From: Chrysomallon squamiferum
Lineage: Eukaryota > Animalia > Mollusca
Assembly (NCBI GenBank): GCA_012295275.1
Contig: CM022679.1
Coordinates: 3,782,001-3,846,000, forward strand
Length of the DNA: 64,000 bases
Direction: 5' to 3'
The notes beneath the pieces are model-generated. The model was not told the DNA's origin, did not search any database, and worked only from the letters and a program-made list of their open reading frames with translations. The translations under genes and the position numbers were made by a program. Shown one piece after another: positions 14,459 through 33,721 of the stretch (positions within the stretch are counted from its first letter, which is position 1; each line of letters begins with the position of its first letter).

Positions 14459-16133
14459 TTCAGTGTTATATTTTATTAAAATATTCAAATTAATCTTTTA
14501 TCTGATGATGAAATGAAATATGATCTACCAATATAAACACTATATTACGTAATATGTAACTAATGTAACCTACATTCCTGTGAAATCGCCAGTAGATTCA
14601 TCATTCCACTCTAAAGCTACCAGTTCAACTGTAAGAAAGAGAAGTGTGACGAATAAATCCTATAATATGTTCGTATACGTTCGCATATATTTTTATTGTA
14701 TATATAAATAAAAGGTAGAGACAGAGATAGACAGACAGATAAACAGACAGATACATGTGTGAGCGTGCACATAAGTGTAGCTCTCATACATACGTCTAAC
14801 GGTTCTTGTCCGCAGTTGTTTGTTTGTTTTTGTTTTTGTTGTTGTTGTTGTTGTGTTTTTTTTGTTTGTTTTTTTTTGCTTTTGATGTTGTTTTGTTTGT
14901 TTTACTGTTGTTATTTTTCCCTGAATGGCTATTAAATATTATTCCAAAAATTAACAGTACTTGTACGATTTTCAGAAAATCAAATATGGTACATTAATTT
15001 AATTCGTTATATAGATATATGTATATATAAACAATAAATTACATTATTACAAACAACATGTTATGACATAGACTAAAACTGATTCAGTTGTCTCTAACAT
15101 TAATATAAATATACAAATTCTCATCTTCCACAAAATCAGGTGCGATTATGTATGAATGACAGAGGAGAAATTTTATGTTCAGAAACAGTATATGAATTGT
15201 CTAAAACATTAACATAAATAAATAAATCTTTATCTTCAACAAAATCAGGTACGATTATAGTATAAATTACAGAGGAGAAATAATATATTTAGAAGCTGTA
15301 TATGAATTGGCATGTATTAGCAATACGTTTCAATGAAATTTCTCTGGTTATATCCGTTCAATTCGGTTTCCCCTGTATCTACATCTGTCTGGCTTATTTC
15401 CTGAGCGAATGATAATAATACACCTGTGTGCTGATAAAGAAAAAGAGAAAACTCAAACTGATATTTCAGTAGAAGTTTTTATCAAACTGATATCGACATT
15501 TTATCGACACCAGTTTGAAAATTTTCATACTATCTATTTCTGACCTTCATTAGTTCCAGGGACAAAACTGAGGCCTACAAACGCGTAAACGTAATGTGTA
15601 CACAGAGAAGCATCTATGTTTTCTGGTACGAATTTTGCTTTTCCATGTCTGTACTGCGCCCAGTTAGTGAAATAACAAACAATCCTTTTACGATCTAAAG
15701 AAAAAGAAAAGAAAAAAACCGAAGACAAAAACTGTAATGGAAATTTCAGAAAATAAGTAAAAATTAGGAAATCTTTAAAAAAAAGGACATTTTTCATTTT
15801 AAATAACAGTAATGATTTGTGTTAGTATTCAGAGTTTTATTTTCAAATGACAGTTCAGAAAGAAATAATAAAGACCAATCTTTTCTGAGAACTATAACAC
15901 AAAATAATTAACAGTTTTTTTTCTGGCACAAATACAGAGCCAGCATATCGTATAAGAATGGAACTGGATACGACACCGGCACTAAATTTCATTCTTACTT
16001 TTCAAAAATCATCTTCACTGTGGTTTCTGTTCTGAAGGCGTTCATGTTGTTAGGGATTACATTTTTTTACAGTGACAGAGAAGTGCTAAATGCGACAAGT
16101 ATGTGTGAACTCATTTTCTTATGAATAGATTCG

Positions 16134-16174
<41 letters not shown>

Positions 16175-16289
16175 ATTAGTGTGTGCTGAAATAAAATGAA
16201 CTATTTTTAAATGGTGTCATACCTGTTGTGTGGATTGATGTATTTATTACCGCCAAGAAGGCCAAAACTGACATTGCTAGCGAACGCAT
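10261..16289 (-). CDS. Secreted GH18 chitinase-like protein (non-catalytic chi-lectin), copy 2; intact, ~406 aa, no CBM14
   Basis: Ten in-phase GT-AG exons: 16289-16223 (signal peptide [22 protein letters not shown]), 15694-15545 ([17 protein letters not shown]), 14628-14574 (EWNDEST..GM), 14315-14063 ([11 protein letters not shown]), 13647-13523, 13087-12979 (TYDFHGPW), 12689-12510, 12241-12122, 11092-10935 ([13 protein letters not shown]) and 10264-10261 (K-stop). Total 1221 nt, open throughout. The last 4-nt coding exon is the least certain. Confidence 0.93.
15100..15310. repeat. Intronic tandem duplication of ~115 bp
   Basis: caaaatcaggt.cgattat..gacagaggagaaat..atatgaattg occurs twice (~15130 and ~15240). 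Confidence 0.7.
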
Positions 16290-16684
16290 TTTCAGACACT
16301 GAAGGCCTTAAAATTAAATTAAATTTTAAATTAAGTTAATTCACAAATAAATAAATAAATAGAAATATACGTTCAACTTTTTACAAAGGAATAACAATGT
16401 CGCATCAAATTCAATACAAATATTTTGCTAGAATTTCAGTTTGTATCGGCAATAATGTTTCAACGTCTGATGCATCATTTTACTTCAGCTCATGGGAATA
16501 ATGATTTCAGTGTGTGCATTTTAAAATATGCATCAGTTAGTAATATCACATATTTGTAGCTTAGAAATATTCTTTGCACGATCCTTTGTCCGTTTTTATC
16601 ACACGAGTAGCAGTAAAAAATATAGATGTACAACCCGTCAGCTAAGAAACAATAGCATTAATTTTAATAATAATAATAATAATA

Positions 16685-16727
<43 letters not shown>

Positions 16728-17030
16728 GATTATTTAGAAGATTCAAAAAAAAAAAAAAAATGTGAGACAAAGAAGAAACAAACCTGTTATTTTTAAAATG
16801 AAGGTTTAATTTCAAATATCGTAAAATAAAAAAATACATTTGATTTCCCATTCGAGAATACGTGAGCGGAAAACAAACAGAATAAAGTGTGAGAGGAATA
16901 TTATTTATTTATTTTTATTTTTATTTTTATTTTTTTTTTTTTTATGTGCGCGGGCTTGGATGGGATGTTTGTTTTCTTTTTTGATCTTTTTGGGGGATAT
17001 TTTTTTATTGTTGTTTCTTTGTTTTGTTAT

Positions 17031-17101
<71 letters not shown>

Positions 17102-18047
17102 TTTTAGTTGTTTTTTTATGGGGAGTGTTGATCGTGGTGGTGTGTTAATTGTATTTAATGAATAATAACGTTCACAATAAATCCAAATTTGTTTATCTTA
17201 TCTGCGCACGTGTTCTTGTTTGTTTATTTGTCTGTTTCTTACTTTCAATTGTTGATTTCTTATTTTACAATAGTTCTTTTTTATTGTTTTCTGAAAGGTG
17301 AACAGAAATACGAAATCTGTTTTTATTTGTTCTTTTATTTTTATTTATTTATTTAAGAAATACATATTTTTGTTTTGTTTATTTCTTTGATTTTTGTTGA
17401 TTGTTTCGTATTTCGAACAAGTTCAGACTAAATGTAAGTGAAATATAAACAAATAATAAAAATATAAAAGAAAAACAATATAAAATAAATTATGACATTT
17501 AAATTAATACACGTTACAGAGACTTGACTATTTCTTAATACAAATATATATATATCTTAATTTAGACATGTTTAAAGCAACATTAAGACTTTGCCAAAAT
17601 ACTACTATTACTACTACTACTGTTAGTAATTGTAATACTACTACTAAGCTTCGTAAAGGTTTTTTGATATCACTAAACATCTGAAGTAATTTTTATCCAG
17701 TATACAGATATTTCATTATACATACTGAACTACTGTATGAAGGAACACAGCATAATCAAATTCGTCTGTAAATGATATCATTTTTTTTTTTTCATGTTTC
17801 CTGGAAATAACTGCACACATCTTACGAGCAAACAATTCCGTTTCACTTCCAAATGCAGACATTTTATCAAAATACCCGTCCAGGACAATTAAAATCATTT
17901 CTTGATAGAAAAAAATGAAACAAAAATAACTGATTATATGCTGTAGTTTACCTTCATACATTCTTTCTACATTTTCAAGGCATCACCATGAACATTTGTC
18001 AGATCAAATTTAGTTTTATCTTGACTTTAATAAAAGTGTTTACGTAA

Positions 18048-18360
18048 TGGGTCAAATCACCCCAAAACCCAATCATCTCAGATTTTTATGAAACTTGGTA
18101 TATTTGTTGATTGGGATCCCTGAAACCAAAATTCAAATTTTTAAGCCAATCAGACCAGTGGTGTGGGAGATATGGCCCCCAAAATTTTGAGATTTTTGGC
18201 CATATCGCGACCTTAAATTGGTTTATAAAAGAGACTACTCCTCAAAATAAAAATGGGTAAAACAATACATTTAGACGAATAATTAGATTATCAGAGCATC
18301 CCATATAATTTCTTTATTGAGCTACATATTAATAAATTTTAAAAATTAAATTTTTCGTTA
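18048..18360. mobile_element. Probable non-autonomous DNA transposon fragment
   Basis: GC-richer island with motifs common in invertebrate non-autonomous elements (atgaaacttggtat, gagatatggcc/ggccatatc inverted pair). Ends were not defined. Confidence 0.4.
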
Positions 18361-19974
18361 TTTTACTATTCTAATACATAAAATACTATTACCATCAAAC
18401 AACTGATGTTATTGCACGAAAAGAGAAGATTAAATATCAAGGCAATATGTAGAGATAAAACAATGACATTATTATTCATTTAACAAAATATCAAAGCAAA
18501 ACGAGAGAAAATAATAAACAAACACGTAAAAGACTTAGGGTGTAAAGTATTTTAAAATTGGTAAATTATTTGTTATCTGCTGTTCTATCTAGAAAAAGGC
18601 GGGTAATGAAAATATGAAAAACAAAAAATAAGAAAAAAAACCTAAAAGACTTCGATAAAGGAATACCCCGATCTAGACAGAAGGTCAAACCTTTCCATTT
18701 GACATTTTTATTAAAACATTATTTACTAAGCTTAATTAATGTTCCACACGAAATGTTTTCTTTGTTCGTTTATCGTGTCCTCATTTCATATAGTTTTTAA
18801 TGTATCAGCAGAATCATAATATTAAGTTTTTTTAAGTCAAAATATTTATTTATTTATTTATTTATTTCTTCCTTTCATTCCTCATTTGCTTATATACTTG
18901 TTTGTTTGTTTGTTTGTTTGTTCGTTTAATCAATCTCACTCAGTCAACATAGATTCTAAAAGGTTTCTGGTAACGTTTTTAACTACCGAAATACAGATTA
19001 TCTGTACCTTTGAACGAATCAGTTACTGAAAATTAAATATTGTATGTATTATCACTATTTTTGTCATTATATTCGAAGTAAAGAAAATATGGTTTAAGAG
19101 TAATCAATTTAACACCAGTTGTCAATTTAAAGTTTTATTTTCAAGTGACTTTTTAAGTATTTCCCTACCGTTAACATATATCCTTAGGTTATTTTATTTT
19201 TTTCAGATAATACAAACATCAGTCAAGCAAACTGGCCAATTACATTTCAGCATTTCTCAAAGTAGTAATATTAATATACTGTACGCAAAGATACTTTCTG
19301 TGTGGTACGATCCAGAAATTAGCGTATCAGGAAGGTCTACTTTGTTAAGAAATTGAGTCGTCGAGTTGAAGTTCTGTGCTACCATCTGTTCATATCAGAG
19401 AAGAATCTTAATGAAACGTCATCACTGTCGTAAAATTACTGTATACGTTAAAAATAACTAAACAAGACAAAGAAAGAGTAAAGCAGAATTCAAAGAAAAC
19501 AAAAACAAAAACAAAAATCATGTCGTGATTTGATGATTATTTATTAAGAACAGTTTACTGTTTTTTTGTAACAGGAATAAAATATTCTAACATGGTTCAT
19601 ACTTCTTTTCATGTTATGCAATTGTATATAGATAGTAGATACATTGGGTTGAGGAATAAGTCATTGTTTAAATTAAATTTAATCATTACACAGAATGAAA
19701 ACTTAAGCTTAATTGTTAACAAGATGTAATTTAATCAAATATTCCCCGTTGTTACTTACCATTTCTTCCCAACAGTCAACAAGTTTTTCGATGCCTCTGC
19801 AACAAAATTTGAATCAATTATGAACCGAAATGACTTATTTCTCAACCCAATAGATAGCTAGACAGACAGATAAAGACAGATAAATACAGATATAGATATA
19901 GTTATACACACATACAAACATGTGCATGAATTACTGTGCTGAAATAACTATAAAAATATATTTTTAATTAATGT

Positions 19975-20072
19975 TATCCTTGTCTTGTTGAAAATACATT
20001 TATTCATATTAATTTACGCCAAGAAGGTCAGAAATGACATTGCTACTGAACGCATGTTCAGATATTTAGGCC
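19975..20072 (-). pseudogene. Orphan, decayed duplicate of the signal-peptide exon of GH18 copy 2
   Basis: Reads ATG CGT TCA GTA GCA ATG TCA TTT CTG ACC TTC TTG GCG TAA (MRSVAMSFLTFLA*) against [14 protein letters not shown] in copy 2. The acceptor context ttttaag|gcc and the flanking intron sequence are homologous, and the donor is degraded. Confidence 0.85.
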
Positions 20073-20682
20073 TTAAAATCAAACGAAAACAAATTAAAAA
20101 ATAAACAAGCAAACAAATATCTGTCTATGTATGTATGTATGTATGAATACGTGTGACTGTCTGTATATATTAGTATGTATGTATGAATATATGCATATAC
20201 ATATATATAAAGACAAATTCCAGAAAGAAATACTAATTTGTCCCAATAAAAGATCATTTAAAAGGCTATGAAAACAAAATTTAAAAATATAAGAAAAAAA
20301 AAAAACCAACCTCTTGTTTTTAAAAAAAATGAAAGTTTAATTTAAATACAATGAAAAGAGAGGAAAAAAATTATTTTATTTTCATATTATAAAATTTGTC
20401 AATGAAAAACATATATCAATATAATGTTGTGAGGAGAATACTAATTGTTTTTCTTTAATATGCAACATATATGCAATTCAATTCATTTTCTGCCGGTCAC
20501 AATTACAAAACAGAAAACAACAATGATGTCAAAAATACATGTAACTAAACGTTTGTGTAATTGATATATTTATTGCTGCTTCTCGCTAAACAACCACAAT
20601 TAGTAACATCATTGTTATTCTTATCTTACTACTGTGATCCCATCTATTGTACTATTAGTATGGCGAGTTTGAATAGTCGTAT

Positions 20683-20776
20683 AGCAGTAGCAGTAGTAGT
20701 AGTAGTTGTTGTTGTTGTTGTTGTTGTTGTAACAGTAATAGTGTTTCTAGAACCAACACCGACACCAGCCTACAGA

Positions 20777-20870
<94 letters not shown>
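20683..20870. repeat. Trinucleotide microsatellites (GTA)n/(GTT)n and (TTA)n/(TTG)n
   Basis: Directly visible. Confidence 0.95.
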
Positions 20871-20872
<2 letters not shown>

Positions 20873-21926
20873 GCATCAATATTCAGTTACGAAGGAGACC
20901 GCAATTACTGATGTATAGTTCTTAATTTGGAATTTTTGTAATTGTTAAGTCAGATTCTCTTCAAAATATGCGGAGAGAATACAGAAAGTAAGTTCGATGT
21001 CTTTAATCCCCAGTTTACGTTGCAAAGTCTTTTTTCATCATGTTAACAATACCAATGCGAGAAAATGCAAAACAGCCGACTCCATTAGATATATAGCCCA
21101 AGCATATATTTCAAATTTGAAATGCATATTTATTACAAATACGAAGTCTTAGTGTTCAATTTTCATTAGTTATCTCATAATTTAAGTATTTTTTTAAACA
21201 TCAAATTGCCATTATCATAGTACTGTTAGCGAAAAATCCATCAAATAACTGAAAATTAATTTTCTACGTCTTACCAGAACTGTAGTGAAAAGTATAAAAA
21301 CAAATCAGAATAGTCTACGTAATATTAAAGAGTATGACAAATAAACACAAGTGGCTACATATACTAGTATTAAAATGCAACATTCCTACAGCAATATTTC
21401 TGAATCTATAAATACAACCGTTTTGAATTGACGTTATTGCGTAAAATATCCATGAAATAGTAAAAAAAAAATAATGATAACATTATTCATATCACTAAGT
21501 AACAGAAAAAAAGAATAATAATAATAATAAACAAACATGGGGGGGTTCATAGGGTAACAAATCAGGCTGCAGTGTATATTTGTCTCCCCTTTCTTAGCCA
21601 ATGTAATTTCTTTTCCCTGCCAACCAAAACTTCAGACAGACACACAGATAGATAGATAGATAGATAGATACACACATATATGTGTCTGTCTGTGTTTGTA
21701 TGTATGTATGTATACACCCCATACGTTTAATGAGATCATTGTAAGTAGTGTATTAATTGTTAATAACATAGCTTCCAAATAACAAGCCTAGGTACATCTT
21801 TCTACTCTGTTCGTGGATATAAAAACGAAAATTTATTAGGGATAGTTGTTGGTTTCTGAGAAACCTCTGTGTTTTCTCCGTGACAGTCATGTTTTAATAA
21901 TTATATGTTACAGTCATCTCCTTAGC

Positions 21927-23673
21927 AACTGTCATATAATTGTTAAAACTGTCATATAATTGTTAAAACTGTCAAATACTGTTAAAACTGTCATATACTG
22001 TTAAAACTGTCATATAATTGTTAAAACTGTCATATAACTGTTAAAACTGTCATATAATTGTTAAAACTGTCAAATACTGTTAAAACTGTCATATACTGTT
22101 AAAATTGTCATATAATTGTTAAAACTGTCATATACTTGTTAAAACTGTCATATAATTGTTAAAACTGTCAAATACTGTCAAAACAGTCAAATACTGTTAA
22201 AACTGTCGTATATTGTTAAAACTGTCGTATACGGTTAAAACTGTCGTATACGGTTAAAAGTGTCATATACTGTTAAAACTGTTGTATACTGTTAAAACTG
22301 TCATATACTGTTAAAACTGTCATATAACTGTTAAAAGTGTCATAAACTGTTAAAACTGTCATATATTGTTAAAACTGTCATATAATTGTTAAAACTGTCA
22401 AATACTGTTAAAACTGTCGTATACTGTTAAAACTGTCGTATACTGTTAAAACTGTCATATAATTGTTAAAACTGTCATATAACTGTTAAAACTGTCATAT
22501 AATTGTAAAAACTATCATATAATTGTTAAAACTATCATATAATTGTTAAAACTGTCAAATACTGTCAAAACTGTCAAATACTGTTAAAACTGTCCTATAA
22601 CTGTTAAAAGTGTCATATACCGTTAAAACTGTCATATACTGTTAAAAGTGTCATATACTGTTAAAACTGTCATATAATTGTTAAAACTGTCATATACTTG
22701 TTAAAACTGTCATATAATTGTTAAAACTGTCAAATACTGTTAAAACTGTCAAATACTGTTAAAACTGTCATATAACTGTTAAAACTGTTGTATACTGTTA
22801 AAACTGTCATATACTATTAAAACAATCATATAATTGTTAAAACTATCATATAATTGTTAAAACTATCATATAAGTGTTAAAACTGTCAAATACTGTCAAA
22901 ACTGTCAAATACTGTTAAAACTGTCCTATAACTGTTAAAAGTGTCATATACTGTTAAAACTGTCATATACTGTTATAAGTGTCATATACTGTTAAAACTG
23001 TCATATAATTGTTAAAACTGTCATATACTTGTTAAAACTGTCATATAATTGTTAAAACTGTCAAATACTGTCAAAACTGTCAAATACTGTTAAAACTGTC
23101 CTATAACTGTTAAAAGTGTCATATACTGTTAAAAGTGTCATATACTGTTAAAACTGTCATATAATTGTTAAAACTGTCATATACTTGTTAAAACTGTCAT
23201 ATAATTGTTAAAACTGTCAAATACTGTTAAAACTGTCAGATACTGTTAAAACTGTCATATAACTGTTAAAAATGTTGTATACTGTTAAAACTGTCATATA
23301 CTATTAAAACAATCATATAATTGTAAAAACTATCATATAATAGTTAAAACTATCATATAATTGTTAAAACTATCATATAATTGTTAAAACTGTCAAATAC
23401 TGTCAAAACTGTCAAATACTGTTAAAACTGTCCTATAACTGTTAAAAGTGTCATATACTGTTAAAACTGTCATATACTGTTAAAACTGTCATATAATTGT
23501 TAAAACTGTCATATACTTGTTAAAACTGTCATATAATTGTTAAAACTGTCAAATACTGTTAAAACTGTCAAATACTGTTAAAACTGTCATATAACTGTTA
23601 AAACTGTTGTATACTGTTAAAACTGTCATATACTATTAAAACAATCATATAATTGTTAAAACTGTCATATACT
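21927..23673. repeat. Satellite/minisatellite array, 19-21 bp monomer TGTTAAAACTGTCATAT(AC/AAT), with higher-order repeats
   Basis: About 1.75 kb of head-to-tail monomers. The rare variant ctgtcctataac recurs at 22590, 22921, 23096 and 23428. Confidence 0.97.
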
Positions 23674-24006
23674 GGATCGACTGTACTAATCAAACAATAA
23701 ACAACAACAACACCTAAATAATAAACAATGTTAATATTCTGAACACATCACATTGGAAATATGTTATTAAATCAATTTTGCTTCTGTTTTGTATAAACCT
23801 GGACTACATGGAATGCGAAGGGAATAAAGGATGAGAATATAATATTATTTCATGGCCCGAAATACATATCACAATTAAATGTAAATAGAATGTATATCAG
23901 GCACTAAAAATGCACGATGACTTTAGTTTTAAAATAAACTACAAAATATTATTTTTATCTTTCTGGGGTTTTTTCCGAAATAGGTGAGAGTGGAATCATG
24001 AAAATA

Positions 24007-24066
<60 letters not shown>

Positions 24067-24336
24067 CGATTAACACTTTTGGTGCGTGTTCTCATATTAC
24101 CTTTATACCATTTATTTTATTTTTATTCTATTAATTCTGTTGTTGTTGCTGCTGTTGCTCTTGTTGTTGTTGTTGTTGTTGTTGTTGTCGTTATTATATA
24201 ACAAAAAAGAACTTTGATAAATAACAAAGATTTATTTTTCTTTTGATTTTATTATCAGTCAGTAAATAATTTCCAGTGACAAACATTTTAATCGAGTCTT
24301 TCTGTTTTCCTGGTTTCAGCATACATGTTCATGGTT

Positions 24337-29719
<5,383 letters not shown>

Positions 29720-30026
29720 TGTATATCACTGAAGGCTATACGAAATAAATAAATATATAAATAAATAAATAAATAAAATCACGATAGAAAGAAAGAAGAA
29801 GAACTGATAATGTTTAACGCGGAAATAATAATACAGTAAGAAATTTAATACCTTTAGTATGCTGACATTTAAATGTGTTTGCATACACTAATCACATACC
29901 TGAATTTCAGTAAACAGTTTCTGTCATGAATATATTTAATTTTTATCATGTAACTGTGTTATAAATATGAAAACAGAATGTTGAATTTTTATACATAACA
30001 GAAATAAGTTGAATTGTGTGTCTGTC

Positions 30027-30076
30027 TGTATGTATGTATGTATGTATGTATGTATGTATGTATGTATGTATGTATG

Positions 30077-30104
<28 letters not shown>
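30027..30104. repeat. (TATG)n microsatellite
   Basis: Directly visible. Confidence 0.97.
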
Positions 30105-30108
<4 letters not shown>

Positions 30109-30648
30109 ACCAAACCGAATGGGTGTTTATGTGTTGTAGAATTATTAGTAATTAGCTGCTGCGGTTTCAAGATGGTATATGTCTGTATTACACTGTACGT
30201 GTTGATGTTTGACGTTTCAGTAACAGATTGTTTAACAAATTCAGTTTTAATTATTCCGATGTCTGAAGTGTCTGAAATAAGTTGATGGACATTTCAGATT
30301 GTTTCCTTTATGCCACTTTGGGTGCAATCTCTAGAGATGTCTGTCTGATTTTATTTTGATATAGTAGATAACTTTCAAATGGATATAATTTTCGACTATG
30401 TTAACCTAGGAACATGTAATGTGAGATCCATTTTTATACTTATTTATTTTATAATGGATTTAGCAAAGTCTAGAAAACTGATTGAAGAAGGTGGGGTATT
30501 TTCGATCGTTTTCAAGATATACTTCCAGACGTTTTTCCACCATTTGAAATTATCGCTTCTCGATGCCAGTTTTCTTTCGGAATCGTTTAGGATAATTTAT
30601 GAGGCATTCTTGAAAATGGTTAAATCAAGTTCCTCTCACATTCTATAA

Positions 30649-30700
30649 CAGGGGTCGGCAACCTTTTTGGAGAGTGGGGGCCAGACAGTTATGAGTATTT
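30649..30700. mobile_element. hAT (Charlie-like) transposon terminus, solitary
   Basis: caggggtcggcaacctttt...gggccaga resembles the typical hAT end CAGGGGTCGGCAACC. I did not find the partner TIR. Confidence 0.5.
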
Positions 30701-30986
30701 TTTACCCTCTTTCAGGCTCTTGTTTTCTTTCCTGTTATGAATCAAATCATCCGGAGTTAAAAAACGCTACTTTTCCGCCAGGAACAGTGACAGAAATAAC
30801 AACCACTGGTGCAAAACATAGACTGTAACGTATACGCAGAAAGAAAAATAGTCAGAATATTTTAATTAATACGTACATTCAATTTCTGAATCTTTCTAAT
30901 GCATGTGAATCCGATTTATTTCAAATATAAAATAATGAATGCGTTAGTTATATCATCAAATATTATGGATATATTCACCATCTGCT

Positions 30987-31026
<40 letters not shown>

Positions 31027-33721
31027 TTTTTTTTTTTTTTTTTTTTTTTTTTTTTGGTTTGGTTTGGTTGTTTTTATTTATTTTTGGCTAACTGGAAATA
31101 TTTTTTAGTTTTCCTTCTAAATCTAAAGAGCAAAATATACCTTTAAAGCAAAACCAACAACAACAACAATAATAATATACTCCAGTTTGTATGGCAGTTT
31201 AGTTTAACCATTTCCATAACGAGTATAATCGCTGTTTTTACGTCAAAATAGAAATAAAAATTTAGAAATACATAATTATTTCAATCAGATACCGTTCTCT
31301 GGGTTTGCAAGACTATCTCAAAGAAAGTTATTTGAAAGATACACTTTGATACTGTATGAGTCTACGTGAAGTCAGGCACTTGTTGCTGAGAGCTAACTTA
31401 ACCGAATCATTTACCAAACACGCAAGTACATGCAGCGTGATGCTGAAAGGAGACACGGAGTCACACAGTTTTAATCACTGAGAAATTACTCAAACGTAAG
31501 TGGTAGGACCCTAAGAACGTTTGTTGTTGTTGTTGTTGTTGTTGTGGGGCTTTTAGTTTTATTTTCCAATGACATGGGGTACGCTAAGTCCCAGTATATC
31601 AATAATCGAACAGGATATCAGGAAATATTTTTTCTCTTTTCAAAATTAATTTTCCTTGCACTCTAAGATACGTCAAATAACAAAATGTTAAAGATAAGAA
31701 TATAGAGAGTAGATCTTTGAATGAAAACTATTTTACTAATAATATACTACCTTTTTTGTAGATCACTTTTTTTTTGAACCTTACATCCTTATTTATTTTC
31801 AACTGCGTTATAAATTTAGAGTAACTGACTGTAAGAATTGGAATTATGACTTGTGCGAAGTAAATGATCATTCAAATGAACCCCCAAAAACCTGAACCTG
31901 TGTATGATTTTAAAAATCAGAGGTTGATCTAAAAGGCTATGAATTGACAAAATAAACGTCAGTTTTAAATGATGCAGTGTGAGCCGAATATGAGATTTTG
32001 AAAACAAATAATAAAGTCTGGTATCCCAGTTGTGAGAGGAATATTAACAATGAAGCCTGCACATAACAGCCATTTTTTTTATGTTTTGTTTTTTTCTTGT
32101 CAAAATCACTACCAATATTTAAACATTTACAATTTGGCCGAAATTTAACAAAAAAATTAACAAAATTGACAGACCTACAGTGACAGATAAACAAATAGAA
32201 AGACAGGCAGATAGAGAGAAAGGTGGAGAATATTAATAAATAAAGATAAATAGTTTTTAAGAGCTATTTAAATCTCATTCGATATCATTACGTGCGGCTG
32301 ATAGGTAACTCATATCGTAAATAATTTATCTCTTATTTCCTTTTTGTTCTATTATATTCCACAACTTTGCCCTCCGTCACACAAATTTTAATTTAATTTA
32401 CTGATGAATAACAATTTTTTATTTTTTAGGTGGCAGAATTCACTGCCAGCCACTTTGTTTTCACGTAACATGGCCGGACAAAGCAGATTTATAACCGTTT
32501 AGATATACATTGAACATCGTTTTGCCAGCAAGTTTAGTTATCTTTAATAAAATGAATTTCAATCCGTTATGTCAAAATGGTCTACATGTTCAAATTATAT
32601 TTTTTTTTTTTTTTTTTTTTTTATATTTAAAATGTATATTTGAAGTTGGTGTGTTTATACGCCTTCTAACTAAATATTATACGCCACAGTTAATTTACTG
32701 AATGTATAATTCATCCATCACATTTTGTGTATTGTACTTCATTGCTCTATTTAATGTTGTTGCTTTTTTGTTGTTGTTGTTGTTCTTTTTTAAAGGTCAG
32801 AAAAAACTGACTACTACAATTTCTGTAGTAATTACTGTTTTTAAAATGAAAAATCTAACAAAAATAAACTTTTCGATTTTCTTCTTTTCTTTTAATTAAT
32901 CTCACTTTATTTTTTTTTATTTGTTTTATTTATTTATTTATTTTAAATATTCTATTTTATTTTATTTTTTATTTTTTTATTTTTTTCTGTTTAAGAAAAT
33001 AGTTTTATGAGTAAAACTTATAATCACATTTAAAATAATAGAATACTGTCTGTGGTACAAATATATTCAAAAATATTTAGTAACACTTAGAATTATATAA
33101 AATATGAAAGGTTAAATTTCAATTACTTATGACATGATTGAGTAAATATTATTTCGAAATGTAGTACAGGCTGTAATCAAAGTGAATAAATATTGATATA
33201 TTTTAATATACAAACTAACCAACCTGTTATCACAGATCAGTAATGATTTTAAAATAATTTTACTAATATTTCAAATGGATTGGCAAAAGGGGTTTTTTAT
33301 TATCATTATTGTAATCTCTATACGGAATGAAAAATATATATTTGTTTGTATATTTTGTGTTAAACAGTATAAAATAACTGATAGTACCATTAACGAAATT
33401 CATTTCTTTATATTACACATAAAAGACAGGCACACAAAAACACGTATCAGCGCACAGAAAATTCTCGAAATCTAATTGAATAATTCAGTCAATAGAAGGA
33501 AAATACAAATATTTTTATTATCAAAAAACAAACTTCCATTTAAACAGCAGCTGGAAGTTGGTTAGTCAATTCTTGTGTTCTGCAGTGCGACACCATCACG
33601 TTGATTCTATGAGTACAAGTTGTGTTCGGTCTACACTTTAAATACATGTTGGTGAACAAAGCATTATACAGCAGTTTTAATACTTTCTTGTGCAGTTTTT
33701 GTCTTCTTCTGTAACTTACTA

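Noticed and set aside
21927-23673. CRISPR-like array
   Set aside because: Monomers are head-to-tail with no unique spacers, there are no cas genes, and the context is eukaryotic.
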